Part shown: one piece after another, positions 31,995 through 41,071 of the stretch
Layout of the letters: each line of letters starts with the position of its first letter
How positions within the stretch are numbered: position 1 is the stretch's first letter
Source: an uncultured delta proteobacterium
GTDB taxonomy: Bacteria; Desulfobacterota; Binatia; Binatales; Binataceae
Reading direction: 5' to 3'
DNA: 64,000 bases
Assembly (NCBI GenBank): GCA_963711565.1
Contig: CAVQEQ010000003.1
Span: 832,001-896,000, forward strand
Notes under the pieces: model-generated
The model's database searches: none
Told to the model about the DNA's origin: nothing
The model's input: only the letters and a program-made list of their open reading frames with translations
Made by a program: the position numbers and the translations under genes

Positions 31995-32510
31995 TCAGTG
32001 ATGACAGCCGACGCAATCGAGCGTCGCTTTTTTCTCCGTGTGACAGTTCACGCAAAATCCCATGTTGATTTCATGCACCGGCACCACGCGATCCATCGTC
32101 TGCACCGGACCGTGACACGCCTGGCATTCGATCCCCGCATGAATATGCGGCCGATGCGTGAAGCGCACGAAGTCGGGCAGCGTGTACACCCGATTCCACT
32201 GGATCTCGAACGCCGCCGGCGTGTCGTCCGTCCACGGCCGCGTCACCGGCTGAATTCCGCCGCCTGCAATTCCATTTCCGTGACATCCGACGCATCGCGC
32301 GACCGCCGGGATTCCTGGCTCTGACGACCGGCTCGCGTACGCATGACAGTACTGACAGGGAATCTTGTTCACCCCGGCGTGTATTCGATGGCTGAACGGT
32401 ATCGGCTGAACCACGTCGTTGCGCGGCGCCCACGGCCGCTGCGACAGCGCGATCACCGCGCCGCCCGAGACGAGCATCAACAGCGCTAGCGGGAGCACTA
32501 TCCGGTTCAT
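31995..32510 (-). CDS. actA: ACIII subunit ActA, pentaheme cytochrome c
   Basis: QPIPFSH.IHAG; five CxxCH motifs (CQYCH, CVGCH, CQACH, CVNCH, CVGCH); LPDFVRFTH. Confidence 0.9.
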   Translation of the reverse strand: MNRIVLPLALLMLVSGGAVIALSQRPWAPRNDVVQPIPFSHRIHAGVNKIPCQYCHAYASRSSEPGIPAVARCVGCHGNGIAGGGIQPVTRPWTDDTPAAFEIQWNRVYTLPDFVRFTHRPHIHAGIECQACHGPVQTMDRVVPVHEINMGFCVNCHTEKKATLDCVGCHH

Positions 32511-32764
32511 GCTGACGATCAGGCTTGTAATCCCAAAGAGCGCCGCAGCGCCACCGCGTGACGGTTAAAATTTCTAACAATAGAGACGTTCTCAATCAAG
32601 CAAAATTAATGTTACTGGCTGCGCTTGATCTTCCAATCCACGCATCTACCTGTGGATTCCCATTGTGCGAGAACGCCGATTTATTGCGCCGGGTAGTTCC
32701 GACGCTCCGGAAAGTGTGTTACTTATGACTCGATCATTATAATGGTTTAAGGCTGTTTCGAGAG

Positions 32765-33928
32765 GTGCAAATCAAGACTGCTTCCAGATTGGGTCTTTTA
32801 CCGCCCTACCTTTTCGCCGAGCTTGACCGCCTCAAGAAGGAGGTCGCGAGCAAGGGCGTTGACGTTATCAGCCTCTCCATCGGCGATCCCGACCTGCGCA
32901 CGCCGCGCCACATCGTTGACTCCCTCAAGCGCGCCGCCGACGAGCCCAAAAATCATCGCTATCCCGACTACGAAGGCTTGCCGCAATTTCGCCAGGCGTC
33001 CGCCGATTGGTACCGGCGCCGCTTCGGCGTCAGCTTTGACCATCAGCGCGAGGTATGCGCTCTCATCGGCTCCAAGGAAGGCATCGCAAACTTCGCGACC
33101 GCCGTCGTCGATCCCGGCGACATCGTACTGATTCCCGATCCCGGGTATCCGGTTTACTACTCGGGATGCGTCTTCAATGGCGGTGAGCCGTACTTTCTGC
33201 CGCTCCGAAAGGAAAGCGGATTCGTCCCCGACCTCGCGTCGATTCCCGCCGAAATCGCGCGCCGGGCCAAGATGCTGTGGCTGAACTATCCCAACAATCC
33301 AACCGCCGCGACCGTTGACCTCTCATTCTTCCAGGACGCCGTCAAATTCTGCCTCAAGCACGACATCATCCTCGCGCACGACAGCGCCTATTCCGAAATT
33401 GCCTACGACGGTTATCGCGCGCCGAGTGTTTTCCAGGCCGAAGGCTCGCGCGATTGCGCGATCGAGTTCCATTCTCTCTCGAAGACTTTCTCGATGACCG
33501 GATGGCGCGTCGGTTTCGCAATCGGCAACCCGCAATTGATCGGCGCACTCGGCAAGGTCAAGACCAACATGGATTCCGGCGTCTTCCAGGCTGTGCAGGA
33601 AGCCGCAATCACCGGCCTCGAAGGAGGCGACGGCGACAAGCTCGCCGAATATTGCGCTATCTACAAGGAACGCCGCGACGTGCTGGTCACGGCGCTCCGC
33701 GCGCTCGGCCTCGAATGCGAAAAGCCGCGCGCTACCTTTTATGTCTGGACTAAAGTTCCACGTGGCTACACCTCGGTTTCATTTACCGAGCGCGTATTGA
33801 AGGAAGCCGGCATCGCAATCACGCCGGGCTCCGGATTCGGCAAGGGTGGTGAGGGATACGTTCGCTTTTCACTCACGAGCGAACGGTTGGTCGAGGCGGT
33901 GGACCGACTAAAAGCGCTACGGTTGTAA
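32765..33928 (+). CDS. dapL: LL-diaminopimelate aminotransferase
   Basis: LPPYLFA, LIGSKEG, NYPNNPT, EFHSLSKTFSMTGWRVG, KTNMDSG. Confidence 0.82.
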   Translation: MQIKTASRLGLLPPYLFAELDRLKKEVASKGVDVISLSIGDPDLRTPRHIVDSLKRAADEPKNHRYPDYEGLPQFRQASADWYRRRFGVSFDHQREVCALIGSKEGIANFATAVVDPGDIVLIPDPGYPVYYSGCVFNGGEPYFLPLRKESGFVPDLASIPAEIARRAKMLWLNYPNNPTAATVDLSFFQDAVKFCLKHDIILAHDSAYSEIAYDGYRAPSVFQAEGSRDCAIEFHSLSKTFSMTGWRVGFAIGNPQLIGALGKVKTNMDSGVFQAVQEAAITGLEGGDGDKLAEYCAIYKERRDVLVTALRALGLECEKPRATFYVWTKVPRGYTSVSFTERVLKEAGIAITPGSGFGKGGEGYVRFSLTSERLVEAVDRLKALRL

Positions 33929-33937
33929 ACGGCGAGG

Positions 33938-34489
33938 ATGCCCCATCGGGCTTTCATCGGAATAGGCAGTAATCTAGGCGATCGAGCCGCCAATTATCGC
34001 GAGGCGATTCAACGGATCGCGTCGATCCCGGACACGAGGGTCGTGCGCCAATCCTCGATCTACGAGACCGAGCCGATGGGCGATCTCAAGGGCGCTTTCC
34101 TGAATGGCGTCATCGAAGTCGAGACCGATCTGCCTGCCGAAGTCCTGATGCGCCGGATGCTCGCGCTCGAGCGCATCATGGGCCGCAAGCGCGTCAAGGG
34201 CCGCAAGCAGACTCGCGGCAAGTACCGCCCGCGCATCATCGATCTCGATTTGCTGTTCTTCAACAAGGAGACGATCGACACGCGCGTCCTCAAGGTGCCG
34301 CATCCGCACCTGCACGAGCGCCGCTTCGTGCTCGCCCCGATGAGCGAGCTGGCGCCGGCGCTGATTCATCCGAAACTCAACGCGTCCATCTCCGAAATGC
34401 TGGCGGGACTTAAATCACCGTTTCGTGTTACGCTTGCGAGAGCGGACCTGCTGAGGCCGCAACCCGCAAAGAAAGAGGCATCCCGATGA
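33938..34489 (+). CDS. folK: Hydroxymethyldihydropterin pyrophosphokinase
   Basis: [39 protein letters not shown]. Confidence 0.93.
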   Translation: MPHRAFIGIGSNLGDRAANYREAIQRIASIPDTRVVRQSSIYETEPMGDLKGAFLNGVIEVETDLPAEVLMRRMLALERIMGRKRVKGRKQTRGKYRPRIIDLDLLFFNKETIDTRVLKVPHPHLHERRFVLAPMSELAPALIHPKLNASISEMLAGLKSPFRVTLARADLLRPQPAKKEASR

Positions 34490-35136
34490 AATATTTTATC
34501 GATACCGCCGACGTCGCCGAGATTCGCGAGGCCGCCAGTTGGGGACTGATCGACGGTGTGACCACCAACCCGTCGCTGATGGCAAAGACCGGCCGCCCGT
34601 ATCACGACGTGCTCAAAGAGATCTGCGAAATCGTCGACGGCCCGATCAGCGCCGAAGTGGTCGCCACCGAAGCGTCCGCGATGATCGAAGAGGGCGAGAA
34701 GCTGGCCAAGCTCCACAAGAACATCGTCGTAAAGTGCCCGATGATCGTCGAGGGCCTCAAAGCCACTCACGCGCTGGCCAAACGCGGCATCCGCGTGAAC
34801 GTGACTCTGATCTTCACGCCTCTTCAGGCGCTCGCAGCAGCAAAGGTAGGCGCGTCATTCCTCTCGCCCTTCATCGGCCGCCTCGATGACATCGGCCAGG
34901 ACGGCTTCGAAATCGTCGAGCAAATGGTGCAAATCCTCTCGAACTACGACTACCCAGCCGAAGTGCTGGTAGCCTCCGTCCGCACCACAACGCACCTGCT
35001 ACGCGCCGCCGAAATCGGCGCCGACATAGCAACAGTCCCGTTCGCAGTACTAAAACAAACGCTCCATCATCCCCTGACAGACCTGGGCCTCGAGCGCTTC
35101 CTCGCCGACTGGCGCAAAACAAATCAAAAGATCTGA
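34486..35136 (+). CDS. tal: Transaldolase (FSA/TalC type)
   Basis: [35 protein letters not shown]; the Glu/Phe pair favours transaldolase over FSA. Confidence 0.88.
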   Translation: MKYFIDTADVAEIREAASWGLIDGVTTNPSLMAKTGRPYHDVLKEICEIVDGPISAEVVATEASAMIEEGEKLAKLHKNIVVKCPMIVEGLKATHALAKRGIRVNVTLIFTPLQALAAAKVGASFLSPFIGRLDDIGQDGFEIVEQMVQILSNYDYPAEVLVASVRTTTHLLRAAEIGADIATVPFAVLKQTLHHPLTDLGLERFLADWRKTNQKI

Positions 35137-35178
35137 CGGTTCACAACGCGGGCGGCGCGATCTTACCTCGCCCGTTAC

Positions 35179-35754
35179 TTGACGGGAGAGGCGGCTGGCC
35201 GCAACGCGGCCAGCGGTGAGGGTTCCGCGACGCAAGCTCATTCCCTGACGTCGCGAATCGTCATCCTGGGATGCGCCGGCAGCGGCAAGACAACCTTCGC
35301 GCACCAGCTAGGTGAGCGCACCGGCGCACCAGTGGTTTGCCTCGACGCAATCTGGCAGCCGAATTGGACCAAAGACGACGTCCCCGCTTCCCGAACATTG
35401 ATAAAGGATGCGCACGCGGGCGAGACGTGGATCAGTGAAGGCAACTTCGCGCTCGCGACCTTCGATATCCGCCTGCCTCGCGCCACTCTTGTGATCTGGC
35501 TCGACCGCCCAAAACAGTACTGCGCCTGGCGGGCAATCGCGCGAGTGTTTCACCCCGGCGAGCCGCATCGAATTGGCGACCTAGCCAAGGTGCTCCGCTT
35601 CATCTGGAGTTTCGATCGAATTAACCGCCCGCTGATCGAGGCGCAACGAATCGCACACGGGCCTGACGTTCCAGTCGTCAGATTGAAGAGCAATCGAGAG
35701 ATTGCCGCCTTCCTGAAGTCTTCCGGCCTGAACCGCATAGCACGCAGCAGATGA
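35179..35754 (+). CDS. P-loop kinase, topology-modulation (FlaR-like) family
   Basis: RIVILGCAGSGKTT, LDAIWQPNW, WISEGN, IWLD. Start uncertain. Confidence 0.75.
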   Translation: MTGEAAGRNAASGEGSATQAHSLTSRIVILGCAGSGKTTFAHQLGERTGAPVVCLDAIWQPNWTKDDVPASRTLIKDAHAGETWISEGNFALATFDIRLPRATLVIWLDRPKQYCAWRAIARVFHPGEPHRIGDLAKVLRFIWSFDRINRPLIEAQRIAHGPDVPVVRLKSNREIAAFLKSSGLNRIARSR

Positions 35755-35802
35755 AGTAGCGATGCACTCCGCGATCAACCGGATCCAACGAGCTTTGAGT
35801 CA

Positions 35803-35938
35803 GTAGGGCGGGCCGCCGTGCCCGCCGCTCCTCCGGTTGTGAGGCAACCGTCTTCAGTACAAGCAAGATGAGTCATTGATTGGTAAGCGCGGGCGCGACC
35901 GGCCGCGCGTCGATGGCGGGCACGGCGGCCCGCCCCAC
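35803..35938. repeat. GTRG-type REP inverted doublet
   Basis: GTAGGGCGGGCCGCCGTGCCCGCC (35803) and GGCGGGCACGGCGGCCCGCCCCAC (35915). Confidence 0.8.
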
Positions 35939-36045
35939 TATCAAGGCCAAAATATCCGGTTCCCCTTCCCGCGCGGAAAGGGGTTGGGGGTTAGGTTCTC
36001 TGCCCTCGCACAGGTTCAGCTCGATGCAAGCGGCGCGCGCTTCGC

Positions 36046-37212
36046 TTAATTCGTAACAGCCGCCGCTGCGGTACGCTCCGCGATCAATCGATCCAGCTCC
36101 GCCCGCAGTTTGGGTAGCACTTCTTCGTAGCCGAAATATCCCAGCTTGCGATCCTTCTTCTTGAGATTCACCGTCGTCGGCCCGCACCACAGGCCGAGGT
36201 CCGCATCATCGGTCTCGCCCGGCCCGTTCACGCGACATCCCATGATCGCGATCGTGATCTTGTACTTCTCGGCGTAAACCGTGAGCTCCTTCACCTGCTG
36301 CGCGAGCTCGACGAATTTCATATTCTCGACGCGCGAGCACGACGGGCACGAGATGATATTCAGCCCCGCGCCGAAGTCCGGCACCGAGATAAATCTTCCC
36401 GCCGCAACGTCCTCGATAATCTTGTGCCCTACGATCACTTCCTCGTGCTTGCGCTCGTTGGGCAGCGTCAGCGAGACGCGAATCGTATCGCCGATACTCT
36501 GCGCGAGCAGCTTCTCGAACGCGATCCGCGTCTTGATAATCCCGTCCGGCGGCAATCCCGCCTCCGTAACTCCAAGGTGAATCGGCACGTCGGGGCGCCG
36601 CTTGGAAAAGCGCCGGTTCGCGTCCATCACCTTGACCGGATCGGAATCCTTCAACGACACGACGAAGCGCGTGAAGCCCAGATCGTCCATCAGATCGCAA
36701 TGGTACGCGGCCGACTCGACGATCGCCGCCAGTTGATCGCCCGGGTACTTGTCGAGAAACGCCGGCGCCACCGATCCGCAGTTCACGCCGATCCGAATCG
36801 CAACGTCATTGTCCCGCGCCACATCGACGATCCATTTCACTTTCTGCTCGATCGTCTTCGATTTCTCGATATGGTGCAGATGCCCGGGGTTGTAGCGAAT
36901 CTTGTCAACGTACGGCGCGACCCGGTCCGCGATTTTGTAGTTCTCCTGCAAATCGACCGACAGCACGACGCCCATCGTCTGCTCGCGGATTTCCTTGACC
37001 GCCGGGATTTCTTTCTCGCTGTCGATCGCGATGCGCACGATTCCCGCGCCTGCGTTCGCCAGCTGATGCGCCTGCGCGACGGTCTCATCGATGTCGATCG
37101 TCCGCGTCGCGCACATCGATTGCACCACTACCGGCGCGTTGCCGCCGACCTTGGTACCGCCAATCGTTATCTGCCGTGTCTTCCGATCTTTTAGTGCCGT
37201 ATCCATCTCCAC
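36046..37212 (-). CDS. ispG: HMBPP synthase
   Basis: [50 protein letters not shown]. Confidence 0.95.
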   Translation of the reverse strand: MEMDTALKDRKTRQITIGGTKVGGNAPVVVQSMCATRTIDIDETVAQAHQLANAGAGIVRIAIDSEKEIPAVKEIREQTMGVVLSVDLQENYKIADRVAPYVDKIRYNPGHLHHIEKSKTIEQKVKWIVDVARDNDVAIRIGVNCGSVAPAFLDKYPGDQLAAIVESAAYHCDLMDDLGFTRFVVSLKDSDPVKVMDANRRFSKRRPDVPIHLGVTEAGLPPDGIIKTRIAFEKLLAQSIGDTIRVSLTLPNERKHEEVIVGHKIIEDVAAGRFISVPDFGAGLNIISCPSCSRVENMKFVELAQQVKELTVYAEKYKITIAIMGCRVNGPGETDDADLGLWCGPTTVNLKKKDRKLGYFGYEEVLPKLRAELDRLIAERTAAAAVTN

Positions 37213-37240
37213 CTATGCTGCCGAATGCGCGCCGCGCTTG

Positions 37241-37573
37241 CTAGTGCTTGTGCTCGTCCGCCACCGCCATCGCGATCGCGCCGTGGCTGAACGCCGCGCC
37301 CGCGCGCATCGCCGCCGCGACCCACACCGCCTCGGCGATTTCCTGGTCGGTGCATCCTTTTTCTTTCGCGCGCGTGACGTGCGCCTCGATACACCACGGG
37401 CATTGCGTGACGTGCGCCGCCGTAATCGCCATCAACTCTTTCGTCTTGCTCGGGATCGCGCCGTCCTTGAAAACTTCCTTGTCGAATTCCAGGAAGCCCT
37501 TGAACGCGTCGGGCGCGTTCTGACGCAGGTTGCGGAGATACTTCGAGGTTTCATTGCCGTAGAATTCTGCCAT
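37241..37573 (-). CDS. Carboxymuconolactone decarboxylase/AhpD-like protein
   Basis: KTKELMAI.AAHVTQCPWCIEAH, EIAEA. Confidence 0.88.
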   Translation of the reverse strand: MAEFYGNETSKYLRNLRQNAPDAFKGFLEFDKEVFKDGAIPSKTKELMAITAAHVTQCPWCIEAHVTRAKEKGCTDQEIAEAVWVAAAMRAGAAFSHGAIAMAVADEHKH

Positions 37574-37903
37574 CGTAATTTCTCCAGGGGTGTTTCTCGC
37601 TGATGACGTGACTATAGCAGACCGCTCGCTGGTATCGATAACAATTGCCTTTGCGCGCACGCGCCGTTCGCCTACGCTAATTCTGCCGTTATCGCCGGAC
37701 AAATCTTGCTTATCCAAAGCTCGCGACGGCTAATTTACGCTCTGACTTTTCCCTTGCAATGAGTCAGCGTTCCCACTAAGTTTCTTTTCCTCTGTCGTTG
37801 TTTATTAGACGGAAAGGGGCGTTGCATAAGAGATGTTCGCTGTCTCATGCGGCAAAATTTACCAGTTCAAGCTCTTCGCTCGGGGGAGGGAGGAAGCTGA
37901 ACG

Positions 37904-38350
37904 ATGAGTACCGTCACCACCATCGGCGTTGCCGATCCACGACCGTATCCCGACGTAATCCTTCGCAGCCAGTTCTTCGAGATGGTCGGCACGCGAACGC
38001 TCTCGAGCGAACAGCGCCTGATGCTCGCGGTGCTGGCCGACGCTATCAACGTCGTGCAGGAATTCGGCGGCTCGACCAGTCCGCGCAAACGCAACTCGTT
38101 TAGCGAGGCCTGGAACTGGTTCTTCACCAAGGGCGTCTCATGTCCGCTGTCGTACGGGAGCGTATGCGACGCGCTCGGCATCGACGCCGACGGCCTGCGA
38201 TGGCGTCTGTCGGAGCTGGTCGCCGGCCGCGGCGGCACTCCGCTTCGCTTGCGGCTGAAGGAAGCGAGCCGGATGCAGCGCCTCACCGTCAATCGAGTGC
38301 GGCGCCGCGATCCTCGCCGGATGCATCGCGCCAACCGCGCCCCGCGCTAG
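37904..38350 (+). CDS. Hypothetical helical protein with basic tail
   Basis: SD GGAGG; EQRLMLAVLADAI...EAWNWF...SYGSVCDALGID pattern. Confidence 0.7.
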   Translation: MSTVTTIGVADPRPYPDVILRSQFFEMVGTRTLSSEQRLMLAVLADAINVVQEFGGSTSPRKRNSFSEAWNWFFTKGVSCPLSYGSVCDALGIDADGLRWRLSELVAGRGGTPLRLRLKEASRMQRLTVNRVRRRDPRRMHRANRAPR

Positions 38351-38415
38351 GGCTTCGATTCAATCTGCCGACTGAGCCGCGCGCGGACCAAAGAATCCGC
38401 GCGCGGCTTGGGGTC

Positions 38416-38437
38416 GACGGAATAAATTCCGTCCTAC
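38416..38437 (-). repeat. GTAG-type REP (GTAGGACGGAATTTATTCCGTC)
   Basis: Identical to 41038-41059. Confidence 0.8.
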
Positions 38438-38484
38438 TTTTACCCCTGCAAACCCACGGCGGGTTTCATTAAGATGACGTTCCT

Positions 38485-39696
38485 ATGGATCGTCCTCTCC
38501 AAGGCGTCAAAGTCGTCGAAGTCGCGATGTGGGTCGCCGGCCCCTCGACCACCGCCGTCCTCGGCGACTGGGGTGCCGACGTCATCAAGCTCGAAGACCC
38601 AGCCACGGGCGATCCGATTCGCGGCTTCGTCACGCGTACGATGGGCGATCCCAACGCGCGCATCCGTCCCCCTTTCGAGCTCGACAATCGCAACAAACGC
38701 TCTGTCGCCGTTGACCTGCGCACTGCAGACGGCCACGCCTTCGCACTCAAGCTGATCGAACGCGCCGACGTTTTCGTCACCAGCCTGCGCCTCGACGCCA
38801 TCGAGCGCATGAAGCTCGACTACACGACTCTCTCGGCGAGAAATCCGCGTCTCATCTATGCGTCGATTAACGGCTATGGCCATCGCGGTCCCGATCGCGA
38901 TCGTCCCGCGTTCGACTACGCCGCCGCATGGGCGCGCTCGGGCCTGATGGCGACGATCGCCGAGCCGGGACAGTCGCCGCCTGCGCAACGTCCCGCCATG
39001 ATCGACCACGCCGTCGGTCTCGGCCTCGCAGGCGCAATCTCAGCCGCACTGCTCGCCCGCGAGCGCACCGGCCGCGGCCGCGAGGTCAACATCTCGCTCT
39101 TCTCGATGGGCCTGTGGATGAACGCCTCGTACCTCACCGTCGGCCTGATGACCGGCCGCTCGCCGCAATCCGAGTCGCGCACGCAGCGCGTGAATCCGCT
39201 CTGGAGTTCCTATCGATGCGCCGGCGGGCGATGGGTTTACTTCGTGATGATCCAGAGCGATCGCCATTGGCCGGATTTCTGCCACGCGCTCGGCAAACCG
39301 GATTGGCAGAAGGATCCCCGCTTCAAGGACTCAACCGCTCGCGCGCAAAACTGCGCCGCGTTAACCGACGAAATCGATCGCGCCGTCGCCGCCCGCACCG
39401 CTGACGAATGGGCGCCGATTTTCGATCGCCACAATCTCGTGTGGGCACCCGTCAGCACCGACGCCGAAGTGCTCGACGATCCGCAAGCCCACGCTATCGG
39501 TGCTTTCGCCGCTGTCGATCATCCGAACATTCCCGGATGCGGCGTCATCGACAGCCCGGTGGAATTCGGCGACGTCAACAAATTGCCCCATCGCGCCGCC
39601 CCCGAGCTCGGGCAACATACCGAGGAAGTCGCGCTCGAAATCGGCCTCACCTGGGACGAAATCGCCCGCCTCAAAGCTTCCGGCACCCTCGGTTAG
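38485..39696 (+). CDS. CaiB/BaiF class III CoA-transferase
   Basis: PLQGVKVVE, WGADVIKLE, GDPIR, NRNKRS, NPRLIYASI.GYG, APELGQHT. Confidence 0.92.
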   Translation: MDRPLQGVKVVEVAMWVAGPSTTAVLGDWGADVIKLEDPATGDPIRGFVTRTMGDPNARIRPPFELDNRNKRSVAVDLRTADGHAFALKLIERADVFVTSLRLDAIERMKLDYTTLSARNPRLIYASINGYGHRGPDRDRPAFDYAAAWARSGLMATIAEPGQSPPAQRPAMIDHAVGLGLAGAISAALLARERTGRGREVNISLFSMGLWMNASYLTVGLMTGRSPQSESRTQRVNPLWSSYRCAGGRWVYFVMIQSDRHWPDFCHALGKPDWQKDPRFKDSTARAQNCAALTDEIDRAVAARTADEWAPIFDRHNLVWAPVSTDAEVLDDPQAHAIGAFAAVDHPNIPGCGVIDSPVEFGDVNKLPHRAAPELGQHTEEVALEIGLTWDEIARLKASGTLG

Positions 39697-39794
39697 TCTA
39701 ATGCTGAAAATGGGAAAAACGCTTGGCTGATGGGTTTATTTTGTACTTCACGATAATCAAACGAGGTTGTAAATGCGGATTTTCCCGATCCTGT

Positions 39795-39824
39795 TTGACT
39801 CTGACGAACGCCCCTCCATATGAT
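39795..39824 (+). promoter_or_regulatory. Putative sigma70 promoter
   Basis: TTGACT-N18-TATGAT upstream of SD GGAGG at 39852. Confidence 0.5.
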
Positions 39825-39866
39825 CTTAATACCCGATCGTCATCTGTTCCCGGAGGTCGCCTGCTC

Positions 39867-40412
39867 GTGCGAATGATTGTTCCTCCTGTCGCCCATCGCC
39901 GCGAAATTGATCGCAACCTCGCCGAATTCTTCCGCGGCCATCGCGCCGCGTATTTCAACCGCGCTATCTCCTCGATGTGCCGATACTTCAGCGTCCGCCG
40001 CCCGCGCATCCAATGGTTCGAGTACATCGATTGGGGCAAGACCGCCGGCCGCACCTACGAAGACGGCCGCATCCACCTCGTCCATCCCGAAAACTGGAAG
40101 CGCGGACGCATCTACTTCAGCGAGCGCAAATGGATCCAGATGATTTACCACGAGATGGGTCATTTCATTCTCTGGAGCGACGCCGAGCGCAAGGCCGAAA
40201 TGTTCTCGCGCAGGATGATCACCGGGCTGAGAGTGCCCAGCCGCCGCGGCGCTGCACGATCGCGCACCCGCACCGGAATTTCGAGCACGCGCCGCGCCGC
40301 AAATCGCCTCCGCAAACGCCGCCCGCGTATTTCGATCGCACGAAAATCGCGACGGGCTAATCGCGTCGCTTCCAGGCGCATCACCGCTCGCAAGTCTCGA
40401 CGGGTCGCCTGA
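39867..40412 (+). CDS. Minimal HExxH zincin (IrrE/ImmA-like) with Arg/Ser-rich tail
   Basis: YHEMGH...ERKAEMF; start at GTG 39867 or ATG 39873 after GGAGG. Confidence 0.6.
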   Translation: MRMIVPPVAHRREIDRNLAEFFRGHRAAYFNRAISSMCRYFSVRRPRIQWFEYIDWGKTAGRTYEDGRIHLVHPENWKRGRIYFSERKWIQMIYHEMGHFILWSDAERKAEMFSRRMITGLRVPSRRGAARSRTRTGISSTRRAANRLRKRRPRISIARKSRRANRVASRRITARKSRRVA

Positions 40413-40963
40413 TGCCGCAGAAGCCCAACGTCGAAAATCGCTGGTGGGTCGAAACCACCTTCAAGAAACCGAAAAAGGCCAAGTCCGAAACCGAGATGCC
40501 GCAGTTGCCGGTCGCGATGGCCTTTTACCAGGTCGCGCGTGATTACGATCAGGACCGCGCCAAGGAAGATCTCACCGACAACAACCTGCGCATCGCGCGA
40601 GCGGCCAATCCTCCGCAGGGCGATTGGGCCTACCTCGCGATGACCGAGCAGCACGCGCCCGCCAACGTGATCAAGCGCGTCAAGGACGAGTTCCGCATTC
40701 CGCGCGAGGCCCGCGGCATCGTGATCGACCATGGCCGCGTCGTGCGCCTGTTGATCTGCGGCCCGCAACTCGAGGACTGGATGCTCGACATCACGCTCGG
40801 CGACGAACCCTCCGTCAACGCCTACGTATGGTCGGTGATGTACCGCGAAAGAATCTTCCGCCGCGCCGAAGACGCCCTGCGCCAGGCCCGCAAATGGGCC
40901 ATCAACCTCCTCCAATTCCCCCCGCCAAGAGACGAACCCTTCCGCGGCGCCCTGCTCGTGTAG
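40412..40963 (+). CDS. Hypothetical protein
   Basis: Host-like codon usage; TGATG overlap with the upstream gene; no motif recognised. Confidence 0.7.
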   Translation: MPQKPNVENRWWVETTFKKPKKAKSETEMPQLPVAMAFYQVARDYDQDRAKEDLTDNNLRIARAANPPQGDWAYLAMTEQHAPANVIKRVKDEFRIPREARGIVIDHGRVVRLLICGPQLEDWMLDITLGDEPSVNAYVWSVMYRERIFRRAEDALRQARKWAINLLQFPPPRDEPFRGALLV

Positions 40964-40965
40964 CA

Positions 40966-41059
40966 GTAGGACGAAATTTATTTCGTCAATTCCATATTCG
41001 TCGATTTCTGTATTTCTTGCTTTTTTGTGACGGGGCTGACGGAATAAATTCCGTCCTAC
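40966..41059. repeat. GTAG-type REP inverted doublet
   Basis: GTAGGACGAAATTTATTTCGTC ... GACGGAATAAATTCCGTCCTAC. Confidence 0.85.
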
Positions 41060-41071
41060 GAAGTTCCCGCC

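Noticed and set aside
32511-32764. FNR, Rex or sigma54 site upstream of actA
   Set aside because: Only partial matches (TTGAT or ATCAA without a correctly spaced partner, GTTA..TAAC imperfect, no GG at -24).
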